A stretch of DNA of 62,350 bases, from positions 1 to 62,350 of the IMG/VR virus record IMGVR_UViG_3300035190_001508. One strand, 5' to 3'. Below are positions 40,101-47,330 of the stretch, one piece after another (position 1 is the first letter of the stretch; each line of letters opens with the position of its first letter). The stretch is from a virus. Its lineage: Duplodnaviria; Caudoviricetes. Position numbers and translations under genes: made by a program. The notes under the pieces are model-generated. The model did no database searches and was not told the DNA's origin. It was given only the letters and a program-made list of their open reading frames with translations.

Positions 40101-43100
40101 CGACCTGTACCCCGGACAAGACGAACTGCAAAAGGCAGGCTACGCTAAGTTCGACAACCGCGCCGCCCTTACATTGTTCGAGAAGGCCATTAAGGATGCA
40201 GGATACAAGGGCTACGTCAGCACGTCGTACCAAGCTGGTGTTCTGTTCAACAAGCAGAAGGTCACGAAGGTTAAGGACGGCGACACAAGCTTGCCGCTGG
40301 CCACTTCACCAAGTGTAGCTAAAAGCCTTGCCGCGCTAGTCCCATTAAATGCCGCAGAAGAAAAAGCCGCCAGTAAAGCAATGGCCCGACGCAATTCACC
40401 AGAACTTGCTGTTGCTGCTGTGCGCATGATTGACGGTAATATTACTGTAGATGAGTACGCGGACCTTGTTGAGTTCTTCGACCCGTGGGAAATAAAAGGT
40501 GCTATTGATATTCCTGCGGTGGATAAGATTAAACAATTTATAGATGCCAGCAAAATTAGTAAGGTAGAACTGGATGTTCCTGCTGGAACTATTGTTGAAG
40601 CGCGTATTGATATACCGACATACAATAGATCAACAGCTGCAGGAGATTCCGTATATGCAATTACATTGCATCAACCGGCCGCGGTTAGTGCAACACGTGT
40701 TGCCGCCCCGTTATCATACACCAACATAGCCCGCATTACAGGAGTAACCATGGTTGTTCGTGCTATTAGTGGGAAAGGCGAGGCCCGCGACATTGCCGCA
40801 GGTACTGGCAAGTTCCCGCTTGCAACTGTAAAAGGACGCGTTGCTCCAATCACGGAACTCCCAGCTGATATTAACGACCCAGAAGTTTGGACTGAAGTTG
40901 GGTTTAACCCAGTTCGTAGTAGCGACTTTGTAGACGTGCGTAGCAAGCTGGCTGTGGTCGGTGGCTCCGAAGCTATTATGGTTGGGCCGCGTGTATTCGT
41001 ACGCGATGCACAGTTCACCGAACGTGCTACTGGATACATGACAGATAAGAGCCCGCGCTACAGCAAAGCACTTTACGCTATTGCAAGCCCGGACCCGGAA
41101 AGCTCGTACATGGTTAGCGTGGACGACCTTTACATTAACAACGCGACCGGAGAATGGGACGCCGGGAACGGAGTCATTAGCCGTTTGTTCCGCGCCAGCG
41201 GAGACGTTGATCCGCGCATGTTCGAGGCGTCTAAGTATCAGGAGCGTGGTCTTCGTCTTGCGAAGATTCGTCTTAAGGACATGGCTCAGGCTTTCAAGGC
41301 TGCACTTAAGGCAGAACCAAACGCTGACTTGGACGACGTTAACTTGGCTCTTGGTAGCACCGAGCCAACCGTTAGCTCGGCTCAGCGCAGCGCGGCTGAG
41401 TCCGTAAAGAAAGCACAGATTGACGCAGCAAACGCAGCGTTCGATACCGCACCAGCAAACGCTGCGTACGCGGCCGCAGTACAAGCTGCTCGTGTTAACT
41501 ACACGAGCCACCGCAATAAAGCCAAGTACACCGCGGAAGTGCAACAGGCCCGCGAGGCTCGTAAAAACAGTCCTGAAATGGCAGCACGTGATGCCGCAAT
41601 TGCAGCGGCTGATGCCAAGTACAACGCTGACGTGCAGGCCGCGCGCCGCAATAACTTGGTTGGGCTCCGTGCAGCACAAACACAGGCCCAGCTTAGGCTC
41701 GAGCAAAGCTCACCAGAAACCGCTAAGGCTGTTGCCGAAATGCGTGTGGCTATTGATAGGCTCAGCTCGCAGCTCTCGTCCGAGCTCAAAACAAACGATC
41801 CGCTCCGCGCAATTGTTGACCAGAACATAGGCATCTACCTCACGCGCAGCTACAAGATCCATCAGGAGGAAGGCTACGCCCAGCGCATTCTTGAGGACAG
41901 CGAGTTCGCGCATCAACGTGCTCAGGCTCGTGTGTTCTTCGAAAAAGAATGGGTCCGCGATACGTACGAAAGGTGGAGAGCCGATGTCGCGTACGAACCG
42001 TACACCGACGCTGAGGTTATGGTCCTTGTCCGCGCCGAAGCAAAGGCAAAGGACGTCGGCACACGCGCGCTTAACGATTTTGTTGACAGGCACGGCAACA
42101 CGCCGAAAACATTTAGCAGAGCAATGACCCGGACAGACCTGTCCCGGTTCATGCAAAAGGGCGAAGTGCCAGACGAACTCCGCGCTATTCTCGGTGAGAT
42201 TCAGAACCCGTTTGAGAACGCGTTGCGCACGTACGGAAACCTCGCACAGTTCTTGGGAACACAAAGGCTCCTGAACCAATACGCCAAGCTCGGCTTGGAT
42301 AACGGCTGGCTGGTACCGGCGCAAGATGTAACGGATAACCCAGACAAGTACCGCGGTTATAAGCCTTTGGTAAACACCACAGACACCAAGGGCGGAGACC
42401 CGCTCGCTGAGTACTACGCTGAGCCGGACGTCGTTGAAGCTTTCCAATCTATGTTCGGGCCTCCCGCACCAGCGAACCGCAGCACATCCAAAAAGCTTAT
42501 AGACGGCGTAATTACTACAGCCGCGCGAGCTATTGGCGCTAGCATGGGAATGCTTACGCTTGGTAGTGCTTCGTTCTTCGTTCGCAACATTGTCGGCATT
42601 TTGTCCTTTGTTACCGCGAACGGATTCATCCCGAGCCTGAGCAATATTAACGCTTCAAGACTGACGATTAAACAAATTTACGGCAGCAACTTGGAAGGTC
42701 TGGGCGCGGATATGGTAATGCTCGGTGTGGCCGAGGGCAGTATGGTCTCGCAAACTATGCGGGACTTCATGCGCGGTGCAATTGATGACCCAGAAACCGT
42801 TAGTAACCAGATCGAAGCAACGATCCGGGAGCTTGGAACACCGGCCAGTGCACTTGCCAAAGCCGTTAAGAAGTCCAAGGCCGCGGTCGATTCGTTGGCA
42901 ACACTCAACGACCAGATCGACTTGTTCTACAAGGCAATGTACTTTGCACACGAGGTTGACGTGCAGACCAAGGCGAACAAGCACCGCGCTGTTCCGTACA
43001 CGCAAGACCAGATTAAACAAGAAGCCGCGCGGGTCGTTAGGCTAACTACTCAGGGCCGCGAGCGCGTTGCTCCCATCTTTAAGGAGTTCGGACGCAGTGG

Positions 43101-44238
43101 TCTTGGTATGCTCTTTAACAGTTTCTTTAGGTTCACCGCGGAAATCTACAGGCTCCCCGCCTCGACCATTCAGCTCGGTGTTGCTGAAACCAAGAGCGGT
43201 AATCCGGTTCTTAAGGCGCGCGGTATTAAGAGGCTAGCTGGTCTTGGTGCGGCTTTGTCAATGACGCACGGTGCCGCGGAGATTCTTAAGAGCATGTTCG
43301 GTATCGAAGATGACGAAGAAGAAATGGTGCGTGCTTCGCAACCGCCTTACGGGCGCGACGGTAACCTATTCATTACCGTTGACGAAAAAGAAGGTACGCT
43401 TTCCACGTGGGACCTGACGTACACTAACCCGTTCAGTCCTGTTTCTGACCCCATAGGCCGCAGCTTGCAACACATTGTAAGGGGCGACTGGGAGAAGGTG
43501 CCCGGCACAATATTCAAGGGTCTCGCCGCCAGTTTCCTTAGCCCGCAGATCGCGGTCGAGGCTGTTGGTCAGGCCGTGTACAACCTTGACGATTATGGTA
43601 GGCCGCTGTGGTTGGAGAGCGACCCGTGGACATATAAGGCACAGAAGTTTCTTAAGCATGTCGCGGGTAACGCGTACAAACTTAGGACTCCCGTTCAATT
43701 TTGGAAGGCTTACCAAGCGTATACCAATAGCGGGGTCTACGATAAGGACGCACGATTTGAAAAAACATCTGACCTATTGGTCAGGGAGTTCATGCCTTTC
43801 CGTATCCAAACGCACAAGTTCGAGCAGACCGCGCTTAAGGCTTTCCGTACGGTTAAGAAACAAATGGACGTGGGCCGCGCCGCCCTAAGCGTGTTCAACA
43901 GCTACGAGGATCTCGATCAAACCCGAGTAGACGACGCTTACGAAAGGTACGAAAGAGTTCAGGCTTCGACTAACCAAAAGCTCTACGATTATTCAAATGG
44001 TCTTATGGGTCTGGGGCTTAGCTACTCACAGCTCCAGAAGATCGCGGCCGAGGCCGACATTAGTAAGCGTAGGTTCGAGCAGGCGGTGCGGTACAAGCGC
44101 TTCGAGCGTTACGTGCCTAGCAAAGACGCAATGGAGAACTACAAAAAAATCGGAGGCGATAACAACGGAGCCGCGCGCGTGCTTTATATCAGACAAGCCG
44201 TAAGTTCAAAGCCCCAGTACACACCACTAAACGACTAA
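31117..44238 (+). CDS. Giant (~4,370 aa) polyvalent internal virion protein
   Basis: One uninterrupted ORF containing a zincin LLHELGH motif with a downstream REMVAH, a DUF3293/SAM-lyase-like segment, an HhH-glycosylase-like segment and ADP-ribosyltransferase-like segments (VYHG..FY..A..Y..L.NP..DG..IF..Q.KS). Confidence 0.8.
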   Translation: MPQITKDPLGNDVEVLSLTEWSGKNQKELSENTLNQYAGYATGQLLRAGKSPDEFQNNLYSGLFRKGVQEGVFQPQDEEQTKQLFENFANKPFVDEATDLDLVSKSLLNVDSEQAARAADVYQRLQSGQQDPNLDTDLADVRANVATVDKVQQARIDFAKERGLAFIDYPTGEPGRRDVWINTQASPDRKSVYDTLDLAQGIVDPRSAMLAEEYLKTDPGRKVNRAEQKINGELQNLFQSSPSEIIKKNFGTAIEWGSEAAEDKGVSDDVLKKAPTDVVMTPTEDVQVSIAPFGMGGGPIYTSKSGGVPAKKVDSNRIADAVIKNTYERLKQEEPNNPLITDYTEEQFLNAAKDFVIQRLNTDTNQDDPTKNFVSLSDGSRVPLGSASLLPKERFNAAMNSLGFDESEMAVARATRTGWIAANIDDIDQTLYDFDGDKYMDFAQKNREQYDNDRTKIAEAYIDSMEPSVWKTFSAKAKGVARSVWNASYDFGSTVGLGVAKATNWEFAEQAYKDSLIASAENERRRGMFVGMYGGDMGMGYTIVSQAAPLLTDILITKGATGLAKKAAKPLVTTGIRKTEDLFGLSAKSFIRNSLSDETKGIAGKYLASFTIEGAEKSPGQLLRAVRRDLEKQFVAGTATATQIGTSFTRSAQNAWTNTTLRMSKETNEDGTRKYTDEQINDTATTSALYSGLTTALVERGFGKVFGEGADITTVGNANIRQLKAYSKRLGGALERGGFGGTELYDTFKQVSKEIVQEGWGKAAVQIPGEALEEFTDEFAQNVIQSLLGDDTITIKQAFTQAMQAAVVGGVYGGALGSTNKIGLFKEDVARDIATGTAQGIQRDIMDRTIAKLRESGNADQTIAALQDRMRVSQRRDSPISESIPERAVKETIIDELDSLSEEPFDVPTPPAAPEAPPANTVVTRLATNKAKELGVSEEELKTIQPSGLKKGVPQVTRNDVIAFVNRRTEQMGIDLSRFLPGPNITAPEGGLQLIGADAFEDAENRTFDDLKNRVVVIDGLRGRVRIEDEGVILDPEDGSTPLELTPNKDLPIKDFEGFDTLLQERATVSPRRQPREVSDVTEDGKILYGDTEYDLPERPLVANLKKDAEGNIESMHMRVFNSKGLATWVYVAGDNVPKVETSYRVRGPEAVVTFNGAVENAVKETVRRNVSVDEYKTKQSKQRRKQKRAANNAPFVSDQGQRAIEDAPDFRATRMGQPDTPRQLIDEIRTVAAQMGLDPKVFTNDSELFIMIAPEIAAGLDLESFSPQQRARAVQNLQRNGNNPETILEYLVSQEAQPLAERVARSNQIAALRARNNNQIKKHGIKPGADIKTVLENIARSAENKEHRQAAKELLKLGADTVPVAITTLPNNLETAGAYLPESNAVIINLASDNSEGAMGALLHELGHAVTDRVLTAPQNDFELQLRDRILGLRAEYAQRAAEIHGDNIPPDLRYALEGRMSVTEPFSDLNGAREMVAHFYGSKTFRDHLVRLSNKGERNLVQKFIDLIASLFSGQPTASKQYRDLANAITDLSKANQNLGANPYGRTAAQVAASRAGVNHQNRVGQLFGVPNPHSRDDLEWILHQVQTLRYSDLSNEEINELVKSQRFGMLTGENPNDTEFSETENLQFNKNAVRWLRDNGYPVIPIVGKYNRGENSFLVVGLTDQDAIDAAQELNQDSVVTNTGMYFRTGMVSPRVGEVTDEPIGKEDNYFSALLDTNGNVTTIRVEYDLDTTLDSGIRYSKQDQQAAPTTQIAKSLAAQGEFQVVEDRESDKAISFAGGRLVVNPALTEQRYQGYDEEDAADFQELDVRLAVAIGMADTTSGPEVQLDFEEFGLSPDSVIEQAAYNTLTNSDLQDLLRVKEQAKQFVASAYYHIAIRNDGSNERLATAQNHIADLYRYLLRDGEATSETVEGFDPLGAGPVTTQIAERAKPLRPIVRYSRAASNINPTEVRGRTKAGKAVGTRNPTSAKATEDGADSSNLVDLAALKRNPQAYRKNALLLLEYPIVAREFPELAKEYAKIRGAVLKAQDKAKANGIKIKGAKDTAKKTLANYLGVSKAKVSGKMLEDAIENPESAFVTKEQPGTVAGNKEARARNKALATFNKNLDQIKKYAAEGVVLGTDSSKALKTYTDALDKIAKDPEHPIAAQADEIYNTLIEVTKSNLRKLMDVFPADIREIANLWYDGANIIAQQFAGDNYSLEQSSAVLAVFSPQKDWFQNVELAKRTMEIWTADQEYGWDDAMSARWLMRGGEPELKENKDGTVGYAKGIKPDLDENGEHRTDANGMLLFHGWGSEKVKAKRQQAFERLQSLKGKKLKDLTPEQQAWFIRMRAETKYPTGYPIVSPDGRFGESSKSTNNKGVTKEIKLAWGTYGSIGKAINILTAPSETQMKVISDELGDQHKVRSFYNNIVDPQNNDGHVTMDTHAIAALFWQAFSGNSREVGQNFGTANTATDSVTGVGGLYPAFAEAYRAVAAEYGMLPRQVQSITWEAVRMLFTARWKSKSENVNGVRAKWVQYQNNEISLDQAQNAVFAMATNGKDLATAVANSNDEQLGLGFPSWADVTEGPAPAGIALSRAARVSEPVRLSKEQRTGSVELISSLTGADQKTRRGVFDGLVNLSNDDLLSVTERLNKKTLRWLIGSAAEDQSKVVLLSTLRRAVRKQIENAPQYQQGAALFREDDVRRVPVDRLAARVALSRALPTQLDADYLAAVNAGDVVEQQRLVDAAAKAAGGVEVYHGGDLEGSTIDFKKAKRGAVSERRDGAFYGSTNKKVAESYRGATNRMFFFLQNPFEISTPTNRPASWTGKTAEITNGKRVERKTSLSIGEAIDRAKQNNKDGVVYSNIVDTGPAGAGAIGDTVVIFNSNQAKSADPIVRDDNGNVIPLSQRFDLAKPDIRYSRAGLDTAPKAFRGRTVQLTHWSKASGIKQTDPTEHGNGGAGKELERRREYGDIYTPRTYFGYGKYRRETQVGVNRYSMLVNGDSLYDLDRDPLDLYPGQDELQKAGYAKFDNRAALTLFEKAIKDAGYKGYVSTSYQAGVLFNKQKVTKVKDGDTSLPLATSPSVAKSLAALVPLNAAEEKAASKAMARRNSPELAVAAVRMIDGNITVDEYADLVEFFDPWEIKGAIDIPAVDKIKQFIDASKISKVELDVPAGTIVEARIDIPTYNRSTAAGDSVYAITLHQPAAVSATRVAAPLSYTNIARITGVTMVVRAISGKGEARDIAAGTGKFPLATVKGRVAPITELPADINDPEVWTEVGFNPVRSSDFVDVRSKLAVVGGSEAIMVGPRVFVRDAQFTERATGYMTDKSPRYSKALYAIASPDPESSYMVSVDDLYINNATGEWDAGNGVISRLFRASGDVDPRMFEASKYQERGLRLAKIRLKDMAQAFKAALKAEPNADLDDVNLALGSTEPTVSSAQRSAAESVKKAQIDAANAAFDTAPANAAYAAAVQAARVNYTSHRNKAKYTAEVQQAREARKNSPEMAARDAAIAAADAKYNADVQAARRNNLVGLRAAQTQAQLRLEQSSPETAKAVAEMRVAIDRLSSQLSSELKTNDPLRAIVDQNIGIYLTRSYKIHQEEGYAQRILEDSEFAHQRAQARVFFEKEWVRDTYERWRADVAYEPYTDAEVMVLVRAEAKAKDVGTRALNDFVDRHGNTPKTFSRAMTRTDLSRFMQKGEVPDELRAILGEIQNPFENALRTYGNLAQFLGTQRLLNQYAKLGLDNGWLVPAQDVTDNPDKYRGYKPLVNTTDTKGGDPLAEYYAEPDVVEAFQSMFGPPAPANRSTSKKLIDGVITTAARAIGASMGMLTLGSASFFVRNIVGILSFVTANGFIPSLSNINASRLTIKQIYGSNLEGLGADMVMLGVAEGSMVSQTMRDFMRGAIDDPETVSNQIEATIRELGTPASALAKAVKKSKAAVDSLATLNDQIDLFYKAMYFAHEVDVQTKANKHRAVPYTQDQIKQEAARVVRLTTQGRERVAPIFKEFGRSGLGMLFNSFFRFTAEIYRLPASTIQLGVAETKSGNPVLKARGIKRLAGLGAALSMTHGAAEILKSMFGIEDDEEEMVRASQPPYGRDGNLFITVDEKEGTLSTWDLTYTNPFSPVSDPIGRSLQHIVRGDWEKVPGTIFKGLAASFLSPQIAVEAVGQAVYNLDDYGRPLWLESDPWTYKAQKFLKHVAGNAYKLRTPVQFWKAYQAYTNSGVYDKDARFEKTSDLLVREFMPFRIQTHKFEQTALKAFRTVKKQMDVGRAALSVFNSYEDLDQTRVDDAYERYERVQASTNQKLYDYSNGLMGLGLSYSQLQKIAAEADISKRRFEQAVRYKRFERYVPSKDAMENYKKIGGDNNGAARVLYIRQAVSSKPQYTPLND

Positions 44239-44240
44239 AC

Positions 44241-44285
44241 AAAAAAGCCCCGAGCAACTTAATGCTCGGGGCTTCTTGTTTTTTG
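44241..44285. terminator. Bidirectional intrinsic terminator
   Basis: AAAAAA-GCCCCGAGCA-acttaa-TGCTCGGGGC-TTCTTGTTTTTT between convergent genes. Confidence 0.9.
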
Positions 44286-44299
44286 GGGGGAGCTTGGGG

Positions 44300-44563
44300 T
44301 TAGCGGCTTTCAAGGGTGCACTGCAACCAGCTATTCATATCGGAGACAAGGTCCGGCATGTCTGGGTACAGCTTACCAAAAAGCTCATGGAGTTTGTTTG
44401 AAACGTCTGGGTCAACCGCGGCGCTGGCGCTACGGAAGGTACCAAACTTTGACTTATAGAACACGTACAAGAATCCTTGGTCCTTGTGCAGTTCTACGTT
44501 AATCCGGTCGTGGCTGGTCTTGTCGAAAAACAAATGGCTCACGATACAGGTATCACGAATCAT
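44300..44563 (-). CDS. Early-region hypothetical protein
   Basis: 87 aa, last gene before the terminator, ATGA overlap. Confidence 0.6.
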   Translation of the reverse strand: MIRDTCIVSHLFFDKTSHDRINVELHKDQGFLYVFYKSKFGTFRSASAAVDPDVSNKLHELFGKLYPDMPDLVSDMNSWLQCTLESR

Positions 44564-44643
44564 GGCATTGAGTTAATGATTGAGCAGATGCTGGCGGCGG
44601 TGCCGAAAGCGGCAACGCCCAGTGCAATGTAGAACAAGGTCAT
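44560..44643 (-). CDS. Small membrane peptide (27 aa)
   Basis: MTLFYIALGVAAFGTAASICSIINSMP, coupled to the next gene. Confidence 0.45.
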   Translation of the reverse strand: MTLFYIALGVAAFGTAASICSIINSMP

Positions 44644-44648
44644 TAGCT

Positions 44649-44894
44649 TTATGCTGTTTGAACTTGCGGTGCAAAGAAACTTTGCACCACCTTGCGTACG
44701 ATTCCTGAACTCTTGCCGCGGACTTGTGCAAGGAACCCCTTGACTTCGTCTGGGTTGTCCAAGGTCTTGCTGGTCACGCCACTGCGGAGAAGCACTCCGC
44801 CGTGACGAAGCACGCAATAGGTTCCGTTCCGGCTGTTGTCGAGGTCTGCCCGTTGTTGGGCGTTAAGTCTGGCAATGGTATTAATGTTTTGCAT
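44649..44894 (-). CDS. Early-region hypothetical protein
   Basis: Likely start MQNINT. Confidence 0.55.
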   Translation of the reverse strand: MQNINTIARLNAQQRADLDNSRNGTYCVLRHGGVLLRSGVTSKTLDNPDEVKGFLAQVRGKSSGIVRKVVQSFFAPQVQTA

Positions 44895-45075
44895 AGTAGT
44901 TGTAGTCTTTACTGGGGTTAGTGGGGGGAGTTGGTACATCGTAGTCGGGTTCCGCCATGTTGTCCATGAAAATAAATTCAGGGTCTTGTATGTGGAGCAG
45001 GTCTACTAGGTGGTCCATGCTGGGAACCTGCTGGAGGTCCCCAGTAATTGTTGTGGTCAGGGTGTTTCCGATCAT
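44881..45075 (-). CDS. Early-region hypothetical protein
   Basis: 64 aa with an ATGA overlap. Confidence 0.5.
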   Translation of the reverse strand: MIGNTLTTTITGDLQQVPSMDHLVDLLHIQDPEFIFMDNMAEPDYDVPTPPTNPSKDYNYYAKH

Positions 45076-45308
45076 AGGGTCTCGTTGGTTTCTATTTTAC
45101 CGCTTAAGTACGCGAGTTCCAGTGCTAAATTTAGCGCGTCGTTCCCGCTTATGGCGTGTATGTCTACGCCGAACTTCTGACAGAACGGCATGTTTAGCGG
45201 CTCGGTGTACGCCAGCCAGTTGCGGAGCGTTCGTATTTCTACGGCTCCGTCTGGGCTGTGAACTATTCTAGCCGCCGGATTGGTGGGACTGCTGTAGGTA
45301 ATGTTCAT
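45072..45308 (-). CDS. Early-region hypothetical protein
   Basis: 78 aa with ATGA overlaps at both ends. Confidence 0.6.
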   Translation of the reverse strand: MNITYSSPTNPAARIVHSPDGAVEIRTLRNWLAYTEPLNMPFCQKFGVDIHAISGNDALNLALELAYLSGKIETNETL

Positions 45309-45394
45309 AGGAAGTACGGGGGGTTGGTATCGTCTTTGTTACAGAACAGCACTACGAGCAGAACAAGTAGTACAACGAGCAGGCTGGTTATCAT
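45305..45394 (-). CDS. Small membrane peptide (29 aa)
   Basis: MITSLLVVLLVLLVVLFCNKDDTNPPYFL, with ATGA overlaps at both ends. Confidence 0.55.
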   Translation of the reverse strand: MITSLLVVLLVLLVVLFCNKDDTNPPYFL

Positions 45395-45540
45395 GGCTTT
45401 GGTTTTGGTTTGGGGTTTTTCAATAAGAGCAAGTCCCTGCCAACTAACGGGGGCTCCGGCTTGCGGAGCGCTTTGTTCTTGAGCAGGTACTCGTACGCGG
45501 CGCTTTGCGCGGCCAGTCTTTTTGCAGTGTATTCATTCAT
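45391..45540 (-). CDS. Small basic protein (49 aa)
   Basis: MNEYTAKRLAAQSAAYEYLLKNK...KPKPKP, with ATGA overlaps at both ends. Confidence 0.55.
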   Translation of the reverse strand: MNEYTAKRLAAQSAAYEYLLKNKALRKPEPPLVGRDLLLLKNPKPKPKP

Positions 45541-46103
45541 TGTTTTTTGTAGCGGTTGACTTTTTTAGCTTTGAACACCTCAAGGAGTTTGGGGACCTGC
45601 TCCCAGTCCACCGCAAGAATGCAGTGGTCGTGGAGATCAAGGAACGCGCAGTGGTGCACGCCGTTGGTTTGGAGCCAATGGCCGAGCTGGTCGCTGGCCT
45701 CGGAGGCGTTTATGCTGTAGTTCCAAGGCAGGACCACGGACTTGTGGAACCGCGGGAGTTCGGCCTTGACCCGTGCCGGTCGTGTGTCTGTTGCCGGCAG
45801 TACGCGGCAGGTAATTGCGACTAGGTGTGTTATGGTATTTTGCATGTTGTTTTTTGTTTGTTTTTTGGGTGTGTCCCAGACCGCAATGCTAGGCTCCGCA
45901 ACTGGTTGCGGGGCTTGGACTACGGGTTCTGGAGACGAGATTCTGGAGTTGTGAGATTCTAGCGCGTGCTCGGAGCCCGACGCTAGAACTATTCTTCCGG
46001 TTGGGAAGCACTGGTAAACGGAGCTGGTCGCCCGCCCCGTTATGGGGCAGACGCCAGTCTTGGACGATTCGCCAAGGTACACGGCTATTGTTGCTGGCTT
46101 CAT
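45537..46103 (-). CDS. Early-region hypothetical protein (possible internal start at 45845)
   Basis: 188-aa ORF. An A-rich leader-like stretch precedes the internal MQNTIT. Confidence 0.55.
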   Translation of the reverse strand: MKPATIAVYLGESSKTGVCPITGRATSSVYQCFPTGRIVLASGSEHALESHNSRISSPEPVVQAPQPVAEPSIAVWDTPKKQTKNNMQNTITHLVAITCRVLPATDTRPARVKAELPRFHKSVVLPWNYSINASEASDQLGHWLQTNGVHHCAFLDLHDHCILAVDWEQVPKLLEVFKAKKVNRYKKQ

Positions 46104-46106
46104 GAT

Positions 46107-46754
46107 TCACCAAACATTAAGGGCCTTAAGGGTAGCGGCGTCGCGGTCGAGGTAGGACGGCCAAGCGTACTTGGCCAGCTTGTCGATCAGGTCTTTTGCC
46201 GCGCCGTCTGCGAACAGCAGTGCGGTTGGTTGGACCTTCCACGGGTTGGGCTGTAGCCCGTTCCACGCGGCGTTCGCCAGCTCGTCTACATACCTGCTTG
46301 GTGGTTTGGAAAGCAGGCGGCCAGCGTTGCGGCCGTTGGTTGCAAGCGCGCGCCACACAGCGTCGGTTTCCAATTCGTTTAGTCCAGCGCGGTCAGCAAC
46401 AGCCCTGACGATCTGGCCTATGCTGTTGCGGTCGATCCGTTGGGGCTTGGACGGCGGAGGTGCTGGCTCGAGTCCTTCCACTGGAGGTGCTGGTGGGGAG
46501 CTTTCGATGCCAATGCGCACGCGCTCGAGCCCGATTCGCTTTACAACATCGTGCAGGGCCCCGCGCGCTTCGTTCATGGTGTTGCCCTTGGCCACTATGC
46601 GGCCGCAACCAATGCTTGTAATGGACCACCCCTTGCCCGTTACCGAGCGGTGGAGTGCCAAGTTAAGCGGGTGGTCCAAGCGGCTAGCCTTGATCCTGTA
46701 GTAATTGTTGCGGTACGCAACGGGTATTTGTATGTATTCGATTTCTGGTTTCAT
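46107..46754 (-). CDS. Early-region hypothetical protein, two domains joined by a Pro-rich linker
   Basis: 215-aa ORF. Confidence 0.6.
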   Translation of the reverse strand: MKPEIEYIQIPVAYRNNYYRIKASRLDHPLNLALHRSVTGKGWSITSIGCGRIVAKGNTMNEARGALHDVVKRIGLERVRIGIESSPPAPPVEGLEPAPPPSKPQRIDRNSIGQIVRAVADRAGLNELETDAVWRALATNGRNAGRLLSKPPSRYVDELANAAWNGLQPNPWKVQPTALLFADGAAKDLIDKLAKYAWPSYLDRDAATLKALNVW

Positions 46755-46771
46755 GTTTTTGTGTTTGGGGG

Positions 46772-47017
46772 TTAGACAATAAGGTCGATTCCGTTGAGGT
46801 GGAGCGAGCGGAACTTCTGCTCGCCGCGGTCGTCAATGTCCCACGCGTGGACCACCACATACCGGATACCCTTTTTGCTTACGGCTACGCGGTTGACTTG
46901 GTCAACCTTAAAAACACGGACGCCCGTGTTGGTTTGCTGTGAGTCTAGCGCGTTGTAGCGGATCGTGCGACCCGCAAGCGCGCTGACGATTCTTTCAGTG
47001 CTTGCTGTTGTGTTCAT
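46772..47017 (-). CDS. Small WYL/SH3-like domain protein
   Basis: TIRY...R.FKV...RYVVVHAWDID.R...FRSLHLNGI resembles the WYL pattern. Starts 31 nt after a hammerhead cleavage site. Confidence 0.4.
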   Translation of the reverse strand: MNTTASTERIVSALAGRTIRYNALDSQQTNTGVRVFKVDQVNRVAVSKKGIRYVVVHAWDIDDRGEQKFRSLHLNGIDLIV

Positions 47018-47044
47018 TATTGGTAAGAGCGGATTGGTTGGCTT

Positions 47045-47106
47045 CCGCGACCACCCTTGGGGGGAGAGGGTGGTTTCGGCCCTTGCTACGGGGCCTCGTC
47101 AGGCGG
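47045..47106 (-). ncRNA. Type I hammerhead ribozyme HHR-7
   Basis: CCGC CUGACGA GGCCC-CGUAGCAA-GGGCC GAA ACCACCCU-loop-AGGGUGGU C^GCGG. Predicted cut 47049/47048. Confidence 0.92.
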
Positions 47107-47253
47107 TTAGTCGCGGTAGTCTTCGTACAAGTCTCGAAGCTTGTGTCGCAGTAGTTCAAACTCTAAAGAATCACTATCATCAGTGATTATCTCAAGCAGT
47201 TCTTTTGCAATGCTGTAGATTTCCAGCACGATTTCGTCTTTTGTTTTTTGCAT
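47107..47253 (-). CDS. Small acidic helical protein (48 aa) flanked by two hammerheads
   Basis: MQKTKDEIVLEIYSIAKELLEIITDDSDSLEFELLRHKLRDLYEDYRD. Its TAA abuts stem I of HHR-7. Confidence 0.65.
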   Translation of the reverse strand: MQKTKDEIVLEIYSIAKELLEIITDDSDSLEFELLRHKLRDLYEDYRD

Positions 47254-47278
47254 GTATTTAGTGCGGGTTGGTTGGCTT

Positions 47279-47330
47279 CCGCGACGCCTTCACGGCGTTT
47301 CGGCCCTTGCTACAGGGCCTCGTCAGGCGG
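47279..47330 (-). ncRNA. Type I hammerhead ribozyme HHR-6
   Basis: CCGC CUGACGA GGCCCU-GUAGCA-AGGGCC GAA ACGCC-GUGAA-GGCGU C^GCGG. Predicted cut 47283/47282. Confidence 0.92.

Noticed and set aside
31180-43888. Many antisense and alternate-frame ORFs inside the giant gene, and similarly inside the capsid, polymerase and terminase genes
   Set aside because: They are shadow ORFs expected from biased codon usage and carry no recognisable motifs.
26543-44238. Apparent excess of CTT/GTT/ATT codons and TTAA/CTTAG words, suggesting restriction-site avoidance
   Set aside because: This is only an impression. It needs k-mer observed/expected statistics that I cannot compute here.
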